DNA of 64,000 nt from Chrysomallon squamiferum (Eukaryota; Animalia; Mollusca). How positions within the stretch are numbered: position 1 is the stretch's first letter; every line of letters starts with the position of its first letter. The stretch is from the NCBI GenBank assembly GCA_012295275.1, contig CM022677.1, positions 13,082,001-13,146,000 on the forward strand, read 5' to 3'. Under the pieces are notes generated by a model, which was not told the DNA's origin, did no database searches, and was given only the letters and a program-made list of their open reading frames with translations. This document shows positions 37,840 to 51,720 of this stretch, in pieces. Made by a program: the position numbers and the translations under genes.

Positions 37840-38290
37840 GTATGGACAGGCAGGAATATCACTGGTTAACAGCTGGGTGACATACAAAGAGATGAAATCC
37901 CATTTAAAATATGCCTCACAAACAAACTGATGACATCACTAACAGTCATCATTTTCTGATTAAGAACTGGATACCACAGGCTCAACTGGCAAATTTATAA
38001 CAAATTCTGGGGTTTTTTGTTTATGTTCTCCTGTGGAGAAACAGAACAGACTGCAGAACAATGGCACAACAGTGACAGAACAGTGACAAAACAGTGACAA
38101 AACAGTGACAGAACAGTGACAAAACAGTGACACAACAGTGACAGGACAGTGACAGAACAGTGACAGAACAGTTTCAGAACATCATCCAGAAGTGCATAAA
38201 CCTACAGCAGTAGAGAAAGACTGGAACAAATCTGCAGAAGAATCATTCTTAGTCACTGCCGGCCTTCGCGTGTAGTCAACAAGAGAAGAA
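37840..38290 (+). mobile_element. 3' fragment of a non-LTR retrotransposon (RNase H-bearing I/Nimb/Ingi-like ORF2 C-terminal CCHC region)
   Basis: VIIF*LRTGYHRLNWQIYNKF...SCGETEQTAE...EH.IQKCINLQQ*R fits LRTGHxxLxxH...CxCG..EQTxxHIxxxC. Interrupted by an 11-bp repeat. Confidence 0.7.
38068..38180. repeat. 11-bp tandem repeat (cagtgacagaa)n, about 9 copies
   Basis: Seen directly; expanded inside the LINE fragment. Confidence 0.9.
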
Positions 38291-39364
38291 AATGTAGAAG
38301 TTAAACACTGCAGAGAAAAAGGAGCTGAGTCTGGCTAATGCTGCAGAGTTGTTGCTAATTTTGAAAGAGGAATACTCCCAACTGAAGGACGTTTGGTTGG
38401 CCAAGTTAAAAACTGGTAGACTGTTGTCATTCTAACAAGCTCAATGAAGAATTATTCAACATACAGTTAAATTTTAGTGACAAATGACCAACAAATGCCA
38501 CTTCAGTCTGACCTGCTAAACAAATAAATATATGTATGTAGAAGTATATACACATATTAACATCTCAAATCAGTATCAAAGATATTCAAATAGCATTTTA
38601 TGACTGGTTAAATTTTAAATCTTTTGAAAGTCACAAAGATATTGAAATCAATTCTAATCCATTGACTTGAAAAATTGTTAAAAACATCTGATTTAATTAT
38701 CAGTTTTTGTTTGTAAAGTTTTAACTTGTTTTAATATTTTGAAAAACAGTTTTTTATTTCAGGCAGTGTGTTGTAACTTGAAAATCTGCAATGAAAAAAC
38801 ACACACACACACACTGGAAACAGCTGTAAACATCACTTTTGATAGTGTCCTATGGAATGCAAACTTGTCATTTAAAATTTTAATTTGATATATTTTCTTT
38901 TTTTTAAATTGCTTTTGCCTGTTTTTGAAAGTTCTGTCAGTATAGATCAGCAGGGTTTTGCTAGAGATCACCAGAAATAGAGATAGACAAGCTAACACAT
39001 TTTTAATTTCATATTTATAACTTTATTATTCATGTACAGCAGATTACTGAGAAATTATCGGTTATAATAATATAGGCTTCAACTATTGTATTAGTTAAAA
39101 TTGTAACAATCATAAGGAATACTGTTTTTAGTGATTAGTTAAAATTATAACAATCATAAGGAATATATTTACTGATTAGTTACAATTATAACTGTCATAA
39201 TGAACATATTTAGTGATGTCTCTGCATGATACCAATGCCAGTAGTTTTGACAAAATAGGGCATCATTTGTTTACTTAAACCAGTTAGGTTTATCATAAAT
39301 AAAAAATTCTATAATAAAAATATAAAAGAACAAATTATTAATAATGACATATAGTAATTGTTAT

Positions 39365-39433
39365 GCAGGGATTCCTGAGACATGAAACTTATGTCAAGGG
39401 TTTCACAAGCATGAAAAGGGGTTGAGAAATGCT
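39365..39433 (+). mobile_element. Possible hAT (Charlie-like) terminal fragment
   Basis: gcagggattcctgagacatgaaacttatgtcaagggtttc...aaaaggggttgagaaatgctg resembles hAT-Charlie 3' ends (recalled pattern). The partner end is not seen. Confidence 0.35.
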
Positions 39434-42400
39434 GGTGTGTTTTAAATATTATATTCACTTTATAGGCCACTCTTTTTATATTAGTTGGATTATGGAAAGA
39501 ATAAGCTTCAAATTTAGGGGAGAAGTTACATATAAAGATAAAATAAATTTTACCTGTTCATGTAGTTCATGCTCAACAACATGGTTTAAAAAAAAGGTTT
39601 GATACAATATTGCCCAAAATACATGTTTATTTGCATGCATATGTTGTAAATAATGTCTTCCAGTGTTTAAAACACAATTTGTCATGATAAAACATAAATT
39701 TTCAAATTCCTGTTTATTTTCTTCAGTTTTTGCGTCTTTCATGTTAGAAGATCTGTAATCATGAAAATATTATGACTGAAATATGTATTGAATTATTTTG
39801 TTTCATCACAAATTTATTGGTATAATAACTTTTTGTGGTAGTTTTGAGTGATTAAGGTTGGGTTGTGGTCATCCCAGTAGGTGAGTGATATGTTTGTGCT
39901 AAAAAATATTAAGCCAGACTTTACTTAACACTTTTGAGAAAAAAAAATTGTTGTCCTAGCAATAGGTTCAGTTTAAGTATGTACAGTTAAGGTTGTAGCC
40001 ATTGTTGCATGTACACTGTTAATTTGTTCTATTGGTGATATAATCAGAGTGCTTTGTCTCCCCCTCCCCAATGCACATTGTATTATCAAAACTGATAGGT
40101 TTGAGAAAAATTGCTGAACAAGAAACATTTATTTAAAAACACTAGCAAAATAATGTAGTAACTGTTAGTGTGAACTTGGCACATTGATGCAGTTTCCTGC
40201 TTTCCTGGTTCTTGATGCAGTGTTCTCTAGAATCTGACATCTTCCTGTGATTAAACAATTAATAACTGTCCTTTTCGTTTTTTTGAAACTGCAACCAGTA
40301 ATAAGACAATATGTTCAGTGTGATCTGCACTATCTTTAGCAATTAAGACAGCTACTCTTCCTGGTCATGTTAATCAGATTTTGTATTAACTATCCTGGAG
40401 TTCATTATGGGCAGTGTTTGGAAATTTGTGCAGCTAGTCATTTGTTTTGGAAGCTGTTTCTATGAAAGATTTTACTTCTTGGTTTTAAAGTAGTGGAAGC
40501 TTAAACAATCAGTTAACATTAATAAAGTCACTACAGAAGAAGTGTTCTTAATGCCACTTTTGGCTCCAGTTAATTGAGTAATTATTTGATTTTTTTTATA
40601 TGAATTTCTTTTTTTGATTTTGTTTTGTGTCATTATATGATGAAATACTACAGGGTTGATACTTTGTCTACATCTTAGGTTGAAGAATCTGTAAAGAGTT
40701 TTTGAAAGTGATAGATGTTTATGGATATTTTTCAATGTTTTATGACCATAATTCATTGTTTTTAGATGTATATATTTTAATGAGCTAATGCAGATTTTTT
40801 TTTATTTTTTTTATATTTCAGTTATATTTTGAATTGGGCTAAGTCGGTGAAGTTTATTTTTACCAAGCAAAGATTTCTTCAAGGTGAAAGTTGCTACTTA
40901 GACACATCTAGTGTGTTTTTCTGTAAGTTTGTTTTTAATATTACTGTATGTTCAAAATGCCTGCATGGTGACTGTTGTCTTTTTGTGTTTTTTAATGACA
41001 GGTGTTGAATATACTACTTTTCAGCTTTTGCAATAACATTCTGAAATATCCCCTACTTTTTTGTCTATATGCACAGAAGAGAAAAAGCATGTGCAAATAT
41101 AAATCAGTTTCTTTTAAGAACTATTTCATTATGACACATAAATGCATCCTTTATATGTAATTAGAGATAATTAATTGAAGACTGTTCATATTTTGTTAAA
41201 GATGATTATAAAAAAACTCAACATGATCAAACCTATAGCACACTGATAATCCTTAAAGTTATTGTTATTATTATCATTCTTTTTCTTATAAGATTTCATG
41301 CAAATTAGATAAACCATAATACATCTCACAAATTTTTGAATTTGAAAGAATTGTAGAAACAGTGAATTAATGAGAAATATGTGGGCATTAGTTTACTGTG
41401 GACTGACAGTGTTTGTATAAGACTAAAGTCATGTATGGACTGTAGTGCTGTAGTACAGAAAAATGATTGTCACAGTTTATTACGTTCAATGAAAATTCTT
41501 CATTTTACTCAATCTTTTGAAAGATAAACTAAAGTTTGTATTCTCTCTTTTCAGAATTGTACACGTCAAGAATGCCTATGTCACTCTTTGTAACTCTGGC
41601 AGTATTTTTTTCAGTGGATTTAATCTTCTTTGTCTTAGACTTTTCTATACTTTCACACCAGTACTTTTTCTTCCTCCAAATGAAGAAATCCTTCAAACAT
41701 CTTTTTTTTGCAGTGTCATTAATGATCTTCCTTCTTTTCACCCTCATATTCATGGACACCATTACACATTTTCTGCCACCTTTCTGTTTACTTTTGTGTT
41801 CATGTTACCTCTACTTCACTGTTCCCTCTGCTTTGGTTCATTGAGCCATACCTTCTCCTGGTGGTTTGTGGATAATCTCACGCAGGCCTTCATTAAAACC
41901 CAGTCTCCTCTTTCATTTGTGTTACTTGTCTTTGAACATCTCGTATGAATAGATATCTTTAGGTGCAAGGAAGGCAGCCCGATAGGGTCCATAGAAGAAA
42001 ATTGGGTATTTCCCCTTTGGAGTTTTTACTGATGGTGGAGGTCATCAATCCTTGCCAGCCAGTGTGAACTGATTGTTTCGAGTAAAAGGAAAGTATTACA
42101 TGGCAGTGAAAGCAAATCGAAACTCAGTCTGCTAGAGAAGATGACACCAATCAACACAGCATAGATAAACATTGTGATGAAAAGGTGAAGGAAAAGTCAA
42201 AAACAGATACTAAAGTAAAAGAGGATGAACGCAAAAAGTAAAAATAAACTAACAAAAAAAGAAAGTTGGGAGCAGATGATTACGAAAACAAGAAAAAAAC
42301 TGGATGTCGATCGCATACAGCAGGAATGTAGTGAGTGAATCAGGCAGAAAGCAGAGGTTGTCTTCAAGAAGTTCAAAGCTTTTTTCTCAAAGATTGATGC

Positions 42401-44870
42401 AGACAAGCTACAACAGGTTGATAAACAAAGCACTGAAGAAGGTGAGACGCCAAGTGATTTGAAACAGAATGAAATAGTGGATGGGAACATGGATGTGAAC
42501 AAACCACTGAACATATCAGCAGGTGACTCACAATTAACTAATAATAGTTTAGTGAAAACAGAGAAGGAAGAACCTTCATGGTCTACAAGTGACAATAACT
42601 TTCCAAGGTGAAACAAAGATAACCACGAGGAAGGAACACAAGGTCACAAACCACAGCTGGAAAGTGACAATGTAGAAGAGAAAACAACTAAACAGTGTGT
42701 CTGAAAGGGTTGTTAGTGATGTGTCAGCCACTTCTCTGCTGCAGTCAGGTTATAATTCTGCTAGTACTGGATTGCATTCTGGGATCACAGTGATGTCTCA
42801 TTCAAAGACAGAGGATGCTGGGAAGGCTTCTGGGAAATATTCGGGTATTGTAAAAACAGGACTGTTAGATGTTCCTCTCACAGATGCAGCAGCTTGAAAC
42901 CAACAAACTGAAACTCTCCTTTATCAAGTGATGATGATTCTAGTCCCAACACAAACAATTCACCTCTTGTAAGCTTCCAGAGCGATGGTGATGAAGCTGA
43001 ATGGAGGAGGGTATCAGTGACAAACTAGAGGAGATCATAAAGGAAACGTTAGCCTGCGAGACAGCAAAAAGAGAAGCAGCAGCTAAAGAAGAGAAAATAG
43101 AACAACGGCAGACAGAACATGATGCTGTCATGGACGATGATGATGAACTCTATAAATTACTTGGTGTTTAGAAGTTGTTAGACATGTTCGTGGGTTAGAC
43201 ATGTTCAGTGGGTTAGACATGTTCATGAACAAATTTAAATATTTAATATTTTATCCAGATATTAATACAATAAAGAAATATCAAATATCATCATCATCAT
43301 CATCACGCTAAACAAGTAAGTTATACATTTTTATTTTGTTTTGTTTGTTTTTACATACGTTCTAGATAAAAGTGCATTTTGCCTGAAGCTGATGAGAAAT
43401 GGCTAGGTTTGTTAGGTTGTTCCTTTTTTCTTTGTCAAAAAATTATTTTGTTTATTTTTTAATTTGATGGAAAGTTCTGTTCATTATAATTTATCTTTTA
43501 GAAAATTTTTTTATAAAGATGTTTTAATATTTTTAGATGTATCTAATTATGGGTAGTAATTTTCAATACTGTCCAAATTTCTAGGAATATTTTACTTTCT
43601 ATCTTTTGTTTTAGCATCTTTGTGTTAGCATCTTTTTTAACTCTTATTATATTTCTGGAATTTGATAAAAGTGCTGTTTTAAAAATGTACTTATTATTTA
43701 ATGTTTCCTTGGTGTCTGTTTATATGTTATTTGTGTGGAGCAAGAGAAAGAGATTTATATTCTGCTATCATTGTATGTGTGTATGCATGCCTCACGCACA
43801 TGTGTGTGTGTGTGTAAAAACAACTTTCTTTCATTTTATGAATGCTAACAAACCTCAGTACTTAAATATATATGTATTAGTGATGTTATTTTAATTTTCT
43901 ATTATAATAATAATTATTATTACTTTTATATTAGTAATTTTTTTTTTAATTCTCAAAAATTGTTTGTTTTACTGTTAATGTGAGATGTTTGCAATATTTT
44001 GATCATGCAATTTTGAAATCAACATCAAAAATTCTTCAGATATAAATGTTAATTCCATTATTATTAAATCACTTTGAACAACAAATGTCCAATATTTTCA
44101 ACAATATGTTTTGATTTGGTGGGGTTTTGTTCTCTTTTGTTTGGTTGTGTAATATTTATTTTAATTTTATTTAATGTGTGTTGGTGTCATATGTAATGGA
44201 TTTGTCAGTTTTTTTTATAATGTTAACATTTTAGTATTAAAATATAACTTTAATAATTTAATGAAAGTTAAACATATTATTTTAATAAATGATGTTAGTA
44301 TGTAATTTTCAGTATTAACATTGCTATCTAATTAATGTTGACTATAAAACACTTATTGATGTTAATATGTAGTTTTCAGTATATAACATAATTATCTAAT
44401 TAATGTTTGACTATAAAACAGTTATATTGATTCCCTTATCCAATATATTTAGAATCAAAATTAACTCAAGATGAATATATCGTTTAATAATATAGGTTTT
44501 GTTGATAATATGTCGGTGATTTTATATAATAAGTTTAATAATTTTAGTGAAGAAAAGTCTCTGTTGTGTTGTGCATCAAACAACTAAGACATTTCACCAT
44601 TTCAGCTCTTCAGATGAAAACAAACAAATCCTCATCCATAATTTGTGTTGTTTATAATTATACTGCCAACAAAATGTTCTTTTCAATGTCTGTTTATTAC
44701 AAAATATTTTTTTATTAGTATTTATTATTTTTAGTTTTTTTCTGTTTTATATTTCTGATTATGTAATTTTAAAAAGTAGCTGGCAGTCAAATGGAGAAAA
44801 TTAAAGTATACTTTTTGAAAAAAGGACAGAAACATTATCTATTTATTTATTTATTTATTACTTATTATGG

Positions 44871-44903
<33 letters not shown>

Positions 44904-45188
44904 GGAAGAAATAGTTTCATAAAAGTTGGGGGTTGTTAGGTGGGATCTTCTCTTTTCTTGAAGAATTTTATTTATAAATACATTCATTCAAACAATGTGT
45001 GTGTGCATGTGTGTACTTGTGTGCATATGTAAATTAATTTGGACAAAGAACCTCATCTGTTTTAATTGTTATTTGTTTTGTTTTTAAAAAACGTTAATGT
45101 TTTCAGGATAAAAATATAATATTTAAAAGTTTCTAAATTTTTCCTCTTTTATATTCTTCTGTCTCAACGTCACATTTTTCTTTCATTT

Positions 45189-45388
45189 NNNNNNNNNNNN
45201 NNNNNNNNNNNNNNNNNNNNNNNNNNNNNNNNNNNNNNNNNNNNNNNNNNNNNNNNNNNNNNNNNNNNNNNNNNNNNNNNNNNNNNNNNNNNNNNNNNNN
45301 NNNNNNNNNNNNNNNNNNNNNNNNNNNNNNNNNNNNNNNNNNNNNNNNNNNNNNNNNNNNNNNNNNNNNNNNNNNNNNNNNNNNNNNN
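45189..45388. other. Assembly gap (200 N)
   Basis: Run of exactly 200 N. True distance and orientation across the gap are unknown. Confidence 1.
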
Positions 45389-45479
45389 ACAAGAATATAT
45401 GTGTCAATGTAAAGATGTAGTGTGTAAACATGTATGGTTCATTAATATTATGTGTCTGTGCATTAGAGAGAATGTGGAT

Positions 45480-46639
45480 ACATAGGGTACTTCTATTTTT
45501 TCCAAATTTGAATACAGTGGCATTAATTTGAAAGCCTTTTCTGTATATAGATATAAAGACAGTAGAACAGAGTATAGACAGAAGTGTATGTATTTTTGAA
45601 AAACAATTGTATATTTTTAGAAAGAATGGGTGTATTATACAAAGAACACTCCTTTTGAACATGCATGTATTCTCTATCTTGCTCACAAAGAGATATATAT
45701 TTTTTTACATATGCACTCCAGCTTTCACATATGCAGACATAGCTTAAATAATATATATATATATTTTTTCATTCACACATCACCTCTCTCTAACCCTCCC
45801 AAAAGTACTCAGTATATTATTACACATGCCTGTCTCTAAGTAAATCCATCCTCAATTCTATATCTAATCTATCTAAAATAAATAAACAGCATAAACACAA
45901 TCTTGTTCTCAAGTATTTGTTTGACCCATCCTTTCTCTGTTTAATAAAGATATCTATATATGCACCTATCTCATATATCTATCTCTCGTCTGTCAATCTT
46001 ATCTATCTCTATCTCTATATCTATACATAGATATATAATTATCTCTATTAATCTATCTCATTCACAGGGCATACTTCTCAGTTTCAGACAGAGGTCAATA
46101 CCTGTTCTCTCTCTATAACACACCAAAACATATAACCACACCTACATATCAGTCTCTGTCTCAGTTATCTGTCTATATCTAGCCTTTCTTTTTAACACAC
46201 ATACTCAAATATAAACATACTCTCATTTACACATTCATTTATATCCCAATCCTCTAAATACATAACAATATATTCATACACATATACTCATTATTATGGA
46301 CCTATATATGTATATATTTATGTAGTTTGTAAATATCCATCTCTCTACATATATCCTCTCTAACATACATATACAAACATAAACCCAAATTCATTCTCTC
46401 ATCTCTCTATCAGTCATCTGACTCTCTCAAAAATCCAACAAAAGGACACTATCTTTCACACACATTTATATACCCATTCTTTTTAACACACAAATACATA
46501 ATAAAGACTCTTACACATCAGTTTGTCTAGCTATCATCTATCTAATCTATCTATCTGTATAATTATTGTCTACCTATCTCTCATCATCTAACAATCCATC
46601 TATCTAACTGTTAATCTATCTCATTCTCTCAAAATTAGT

Positions 46640-46679
<40 letters not shown>

Positions 46680-46910
46680 CACTCTCTAACACACAAACAA
46701 CAGACTCAGTCTTTCTTAGAAATGTCCCTTCTTGTATCTCTCTATCTTTGCTCTGTCTATCAAGCTACCTTTCTTGTGTCCATTTTACATTTTACCATAA
46801 AACCACCCTATTTTACACATATATATGTAGTTACTCATCCTTTAATATAAACATACATACCCATCACTTCCTAAGCACACAAATACATTATCATTCCTAT
46901 ACACACGTCT
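45480..46910. repeat. Diverged direct repeat of about 54020-55390 (TCTA/CA-rich module)
   Basis: Shared anchors atagggta...gaatacagtg (45482/54026), ggcatacttctc...gaggtcaatacctgttctctctct (46068/54781) and aaatacattatcattcctatacac (46881/55365). Confidence 0.75.
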
Positions 46911-47024
46911 GTGTTTGTATTGTGGGTGTACACACACATACAATCATGTGTTTATGTACATATACATGTTCCTGTCCTCAAATCAACCACCATCCACTTT
47001 ACCATCATACTTGATTACACCTAT

Positions 47025-47300
47025 TTTTCTATCTGTCTTTCTATCTATCTTTCTATCTATCTTTCTACCTGTCTTTCTATCTGTCTTTCTATCTATCTTT
47101 CTATCTATCTTTCTACCTATCTTTCTATCTGTCTTTCTATCTATCTTTCTATCTATCTTTCTACCTATCTTTCTATCTGTCTTTCTATCTATCTTTCTAT
47201 CTGTCTTTCTATCTATCTTTCTATCTATCTTTCTACTTATCTTTCTATCTATCTTTCTACTTATCTTTCTATCTATATTTCTTTCTATCTTCCTGTCTAC
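47025..47300. repeat. 12-bp tandem repeat (tctatctatctt)n
   Basis: Seen directly; produces ORFs 46911..47318 and 46915..47322. Confidence 0.95.
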
Positions 47301-47819
47301 CTATTTATCATTCAATAGCTAGATATGAACCTACTGACCTGCCTGTCTGTTTAGCTATCCATATATCCATCCATCAAACTCTAAGTAAATGCCTCCCTAG
47401 ATATATATTTCTCTATCATCAATATTACAATCCATCAATAACCATCCATGAATCACCTATTCATCTTCCTGACTATCTCCCTAAATTAGTACAACTACTT
47501 TTTATATCTATCTTTCTGTGTTACTGCCATTTATAACTCTCATTCACAATTCCCATATTTAGTGATTATTATCAATCACTGGCACACTCTCAGCCTGGCA
47601 CACAAACACACATGACAGAAAGAAGAATACACAGAGCAGATAGATAGACACTGACATGTTTAACTATTTGCCTAAATTTATCTACATCTATGAATTCATT
47701 TGTTAACTTCTACTGAGCTAACTGTCTATTAGTCTATCAATAATATCTCCCTCTTTCTTTCAGTATATCTTCCTGTTTATCTCTTTACCTCTTAACCTCC
47801 CATCAGACAGCCAGTCTCA

Positions 47820-50481
47820 TATCTGTGTCAATCATCTCTCCTTTCCTTTAAATCACTTATGGTTGTTATCAAGTTAATATTCTTTATGAAAACAACATTA
47901 AGCAAGAACCAGCCTGTTGTCTATCTGTAAATATCATTGCTCCACATCTTTTCATTTCTTCTGCACTAATTTGTAGTGTAGAACCATACAGAGCTTTTGC
48001 AGTGTCTTTAGTCATTAAGAGGAAGTTTTTTGTTCCATTCCATAATAACCAAGAATCATCCACTGTTAACTATTGGAGAACAATCAATCAACACTGATGT
48101 ATAGTGTCAACATCTTCTCCGTCATGGAAACTGCTTTCGAAAGAAAAATCCATGTTGGTCTATATCAGTAGATATCTCAACTGTCTGAAGTAACCTTTAT
48201 ATTCTTCTCCATATTTTTATAACTGAAGATGATTCCAGAATCATGTCTTTCCTGTAGATGCAATAATAATTAATTATTATCTAAATCTTAACATTATTTC
48301 ATTGACTATTTTTTACCTATTCCAGGCTAGGAGCATATGATTAATTTGCACAATAAAATCTTTGGGAAGAAATATTTCAGTCATGGAAAATTATTATAAA
48401 TTATCAATGAATTCTACTTTAACAATGTTTTAATATTGACTTTATTTATCTGGATATGATGGTAACATTCAGATGAAGCAAAAATAACTTTTAACAAGGT
48501 AAATGCTTTGCCTGCAACAAACCTTACAATTAATGAGTTGAAACCTTGATTAAAAATATAATTTTTATTGGCGTGCATTACAGAGAACAAAATAAAGATA
48601 ATTCTATCATTTTAACTAACACTCTTTGAAATAAATATTGCCATCAAATTATTGTTTTATAACTTATAGAAAAAAAAAAGGTCATCCAAATAATATTTTA
48701 ACATTACATTCACCCAAACAGAACTTTGGTATCATTTGGCCATTGGCCATTACAAGCCCTGCATTCATATGTAATGTACATGTGTACTTAAACACATTAC
48801 TATTATTTATTATTATAAAACATATCGAGACCACTTACTTCAGAACAGTTCTCTGTTTTATTGAATTCCTCTGACTGGCTAGTGTCAGTATCAGATGAAT
48901 TTGTCATCTTCAGCTTTTTTTCTCAAAATCACCTGCAAAACCAGAAAGAGATTTATTTTCAGCTTGCACAATTAAGTTTGCAAAACAAGATGACATTTTA
49001 GCAATTTTGGAAGTAAAGGTGGATTAGCCACAATTAACAAACTCAAAATGGTTTCCAGCTTACAGTTTGTTCTATCTGTATTCACTGAGTACATTTCTCT
49101 CTTTTATTTCCTGTTTCATCTTGAACTTCTATAATGATCTAGCAGACTGTTTTGGTAGGCATTATTTCTCATAAAAAAAAACAAATTCATAAATAAAAAT
49201 TAAAGAAAGGCATTTAATCCCAAATCTAAACTAATTACTTCTGCTAGTTAGATTCTTCAATCGAATGAAGGTCAGATCTACATCTGAGCTATGCTATTAA
49301 TTTAAATGTTATGATAAAAATGCAGAGAAGTTTTGAATGCCAGTATTTTAAAAAATAAATATATAAAATAAAGTAAATATTAAAAATATTATTAACAATT
49401 AAATATAAATATTTTAGTTACAGAAATAACAAATATGTCTAAAATAAAGATTTATTTCAATCACATAATTAAAGCTAAAGAATAATTTTTCATTCAGAAA
49501 CACCTTCAACAATATTAACATAGATGTGCTTTTCTTTATGAACTGATTTCACACATACTTCAACATCATTCCTTAAGCCATGTCGTTCTTGTGAGTTAGA
49601 AACAAAACTGTTTTGATTACTACAAGTACAAATATAAGTTAATAAGAAATAAAACAATGGTAATGGAAGTATACTAAGTTATCTGCTGCTCAACTTCATG
49701 TTTACCTGTCTACCTAAATTCGTCTACATCTATCAGTTTACTATCTATCAATCTATCAATATCTCTATCTTTCTTTCTGTAGAGCTTCCTGTTAAGTTCC
49801 TTCCTGATAAAACCAAGAATCATCCACTGTTAACTTTTGGAGAATAATCAATCAACACTAATATTGTCAACATTTTCTCTGTCTGGAAACTGCTTTGGAA
49901 AGAAAAATCCATGTTGGTCTATATCAGTAGATATCTCAATGTTTAAAGTAACCTCTATATTCTTCTCCATATTATTGTTACTGAAGCTGATTCCCGAATA
50001 TTGTCATTTCTGTAGATACAATAATAAAATTCAATAGAATAATTATTTAAAAGTATTTTTCCATTGTGTTTATATAATAAATAATTTAAACAAAATTACA
50101 GATCTATAAAAAGGTATCAAACTTGTAAATTTTACATTCTGGTCAAATTAAAATAACAAATGTGACTTTTAAATCTAAATTCATAAAGATGAATGAAATA
50201 TTTTCATATATTAAACAAGAAGACTTCATTGATTAGATCAAAATATGTTAAAGTTAAGCAATACAATCATAAGATGAAAATGTAATAATAATAATAATAA
50301 TACAAACACCACATTAATACTTCTCAAAGCTGAAATCCATAAAATTGCGAACATTCCTCTATATCTTCAGCACTGACTTGCCTTGCACTGTAAAGGTGGG
50401 AGATGAGATCTGAAGAACTCTGTCTTTGACCAAGTCTTTAAAAGAAATACAAAATCTGACACAGACTTGACACGTATCAAC
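47820..50481 (-). pseudogene. Further copies of the unidentified exons: Y (48251 to about 47820), partial Y (50009-49808), X (50481-50310), plus a small exon near 48932-48839
   Basis: Clear nucleotide similarity to 30866-31804, including the intron. Y reads KYGEEYKGYFRQLRYLLI*TNMDFSFESSFHDGEDVDTI...KDTAKALYGSTLQISAEEMKRCGAMIFTDRQQAGSCL. Confidence 0.55.
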
Positions 50482-50939
50482 CTGTAAATTGAAAATAATT
50501 CATTATCTCCAGCCTAACTAATTGACAAGTTCTGTCATTTATTAATTGTTTGAGATAAGTCTCTTACGATATCACGATTTCGAACAGTTTACAACAGTCC
50601 TCATCTTCCAAAGTTCCCGTCGATAACTTCAAACATGGACAATGTATTTTAAAAAAATTAAAATAGGAAAGTCATTGTTTTTTGCATACATTTTGCATAC
50701 ATATTTCAGAAGTCGAATGACAAGTCATTTTTTTGTAATTTTTTAAACAATGTTTACAATTTTCTGTTGTAAAACTGAACCTATAATGTGACAAGCATTA
50801 TAATAAATGTATCGAGGTAATCATTTAAATAATACGTAAACACCACCTATAATATATTGAAAATGAAAATAAATATTAAAATAAAAAATATAATGGTTTC
50901 AAGTATTGTTTTACAACTACGTACTCAGCAATGTCCGCT

Positions 50940-51720
50940 AAATCAAGTACGAGATAGTATGACGTCAAAGTGACAAACAAAAAATTAAATTAAAAATTCG
51001 TTTCGACCTTTGCAGCAATTACTACTCAATAATGGACATCTATGTATAAACGGTATAAGTTATATGATGTATTTCCCCAAATTACTTTTAATAATCCATA
51101 TAGACTTGACTGGATGTTTAAAAGTTTGTAAACACTGATCGGCGTTCGACGCCGCCATCTTGGATTTCGATCGGACGTTTCCGTGAGCGCTCGGAAACCG
51201 TCTGATCGGGTTTTTGAACTTCCAATTTCAACTGTTTTACGTCTATTTTCTTAACTTTTTTATGATTTGTAAATTAGATTTGCGCAGATAAATGATCTTC
51301 TACGCCTTTCATAAGTACTTTTTCAACTTAATCAAACTTTTCAAACTGGATTATTTTTATGCTAATGCGTGCATAATAAACTGAAATTATAATTTGTTAT
51401 AAGATTACTGTATTAACTTTTCCAGTTGGCAATGTTCCCCAACAGAAACGAAGATTCAGGTTTAATTCTGGAAGTATTTTTTCATTGGCATCTTTAAAAG
51501 TTGATTCATTATTCAACTTGTTAGGTACGTTATACCAATTAATGAACAATTAAGTTTATTATTTATTTATTTATTTATTATGCAAAATAAAATTATCTAA
51601 TATTGTTAATTAAAAAATAACACTTGTATTTTTCAATAAACTGTGTTTTCAATACATAATATTACAGCTGCACCTCTGTTTAGAACATAAAACATGTAGC
51701 ATAAATAGTGAAGTGGCGTG
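50940..51720 (+). promoter_or_regulatory. CpG-rich promoter/5'-exon-like module duplicated at about 55640-56380
   Basis: TGACGTCA at 50960, YY1-type cgccgccatcttgg at about 51150, donor ttag|gtacgt at 51525. The paralog has ttacgtca, tgctgccatcttggatttcgatcgg and the same downstream intron. Confidence 0.45.

Larger units (their letters stand above)
37250..43274 (+). pseudogene. Putative three-exon decayed gene (exon 1 ends 37394; exons 40822-40922 and 41555 to about 43274) with a hydrophobic N-terminus and a K/E-rich C-terminus; unidentified
   Basis: CpG-rich promoter-like patch (ttttgacgcgcg, tacgtca, aggaagt) before aag|gtaatt; AG/GT-bounded exon 2. The last exon has a hydrophobic stretch (ORF 41536..41844), then stop-interrupted K/E-rich coding-like sequence ending ...DDDDELYKLLGV* at 43171, with AATAAA at 43269. 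Confidence 0.35.

Noticed and set aside
45183-45686. 167-aa ORF
   Set aside because: Runs through the N gap, so it is an artefact.
46911-47322. 135-aa (LSIY)n/(LSIF)n ORFs
   Set aside because: Produced by a 12-bp TCTA-derived tandem repeat.
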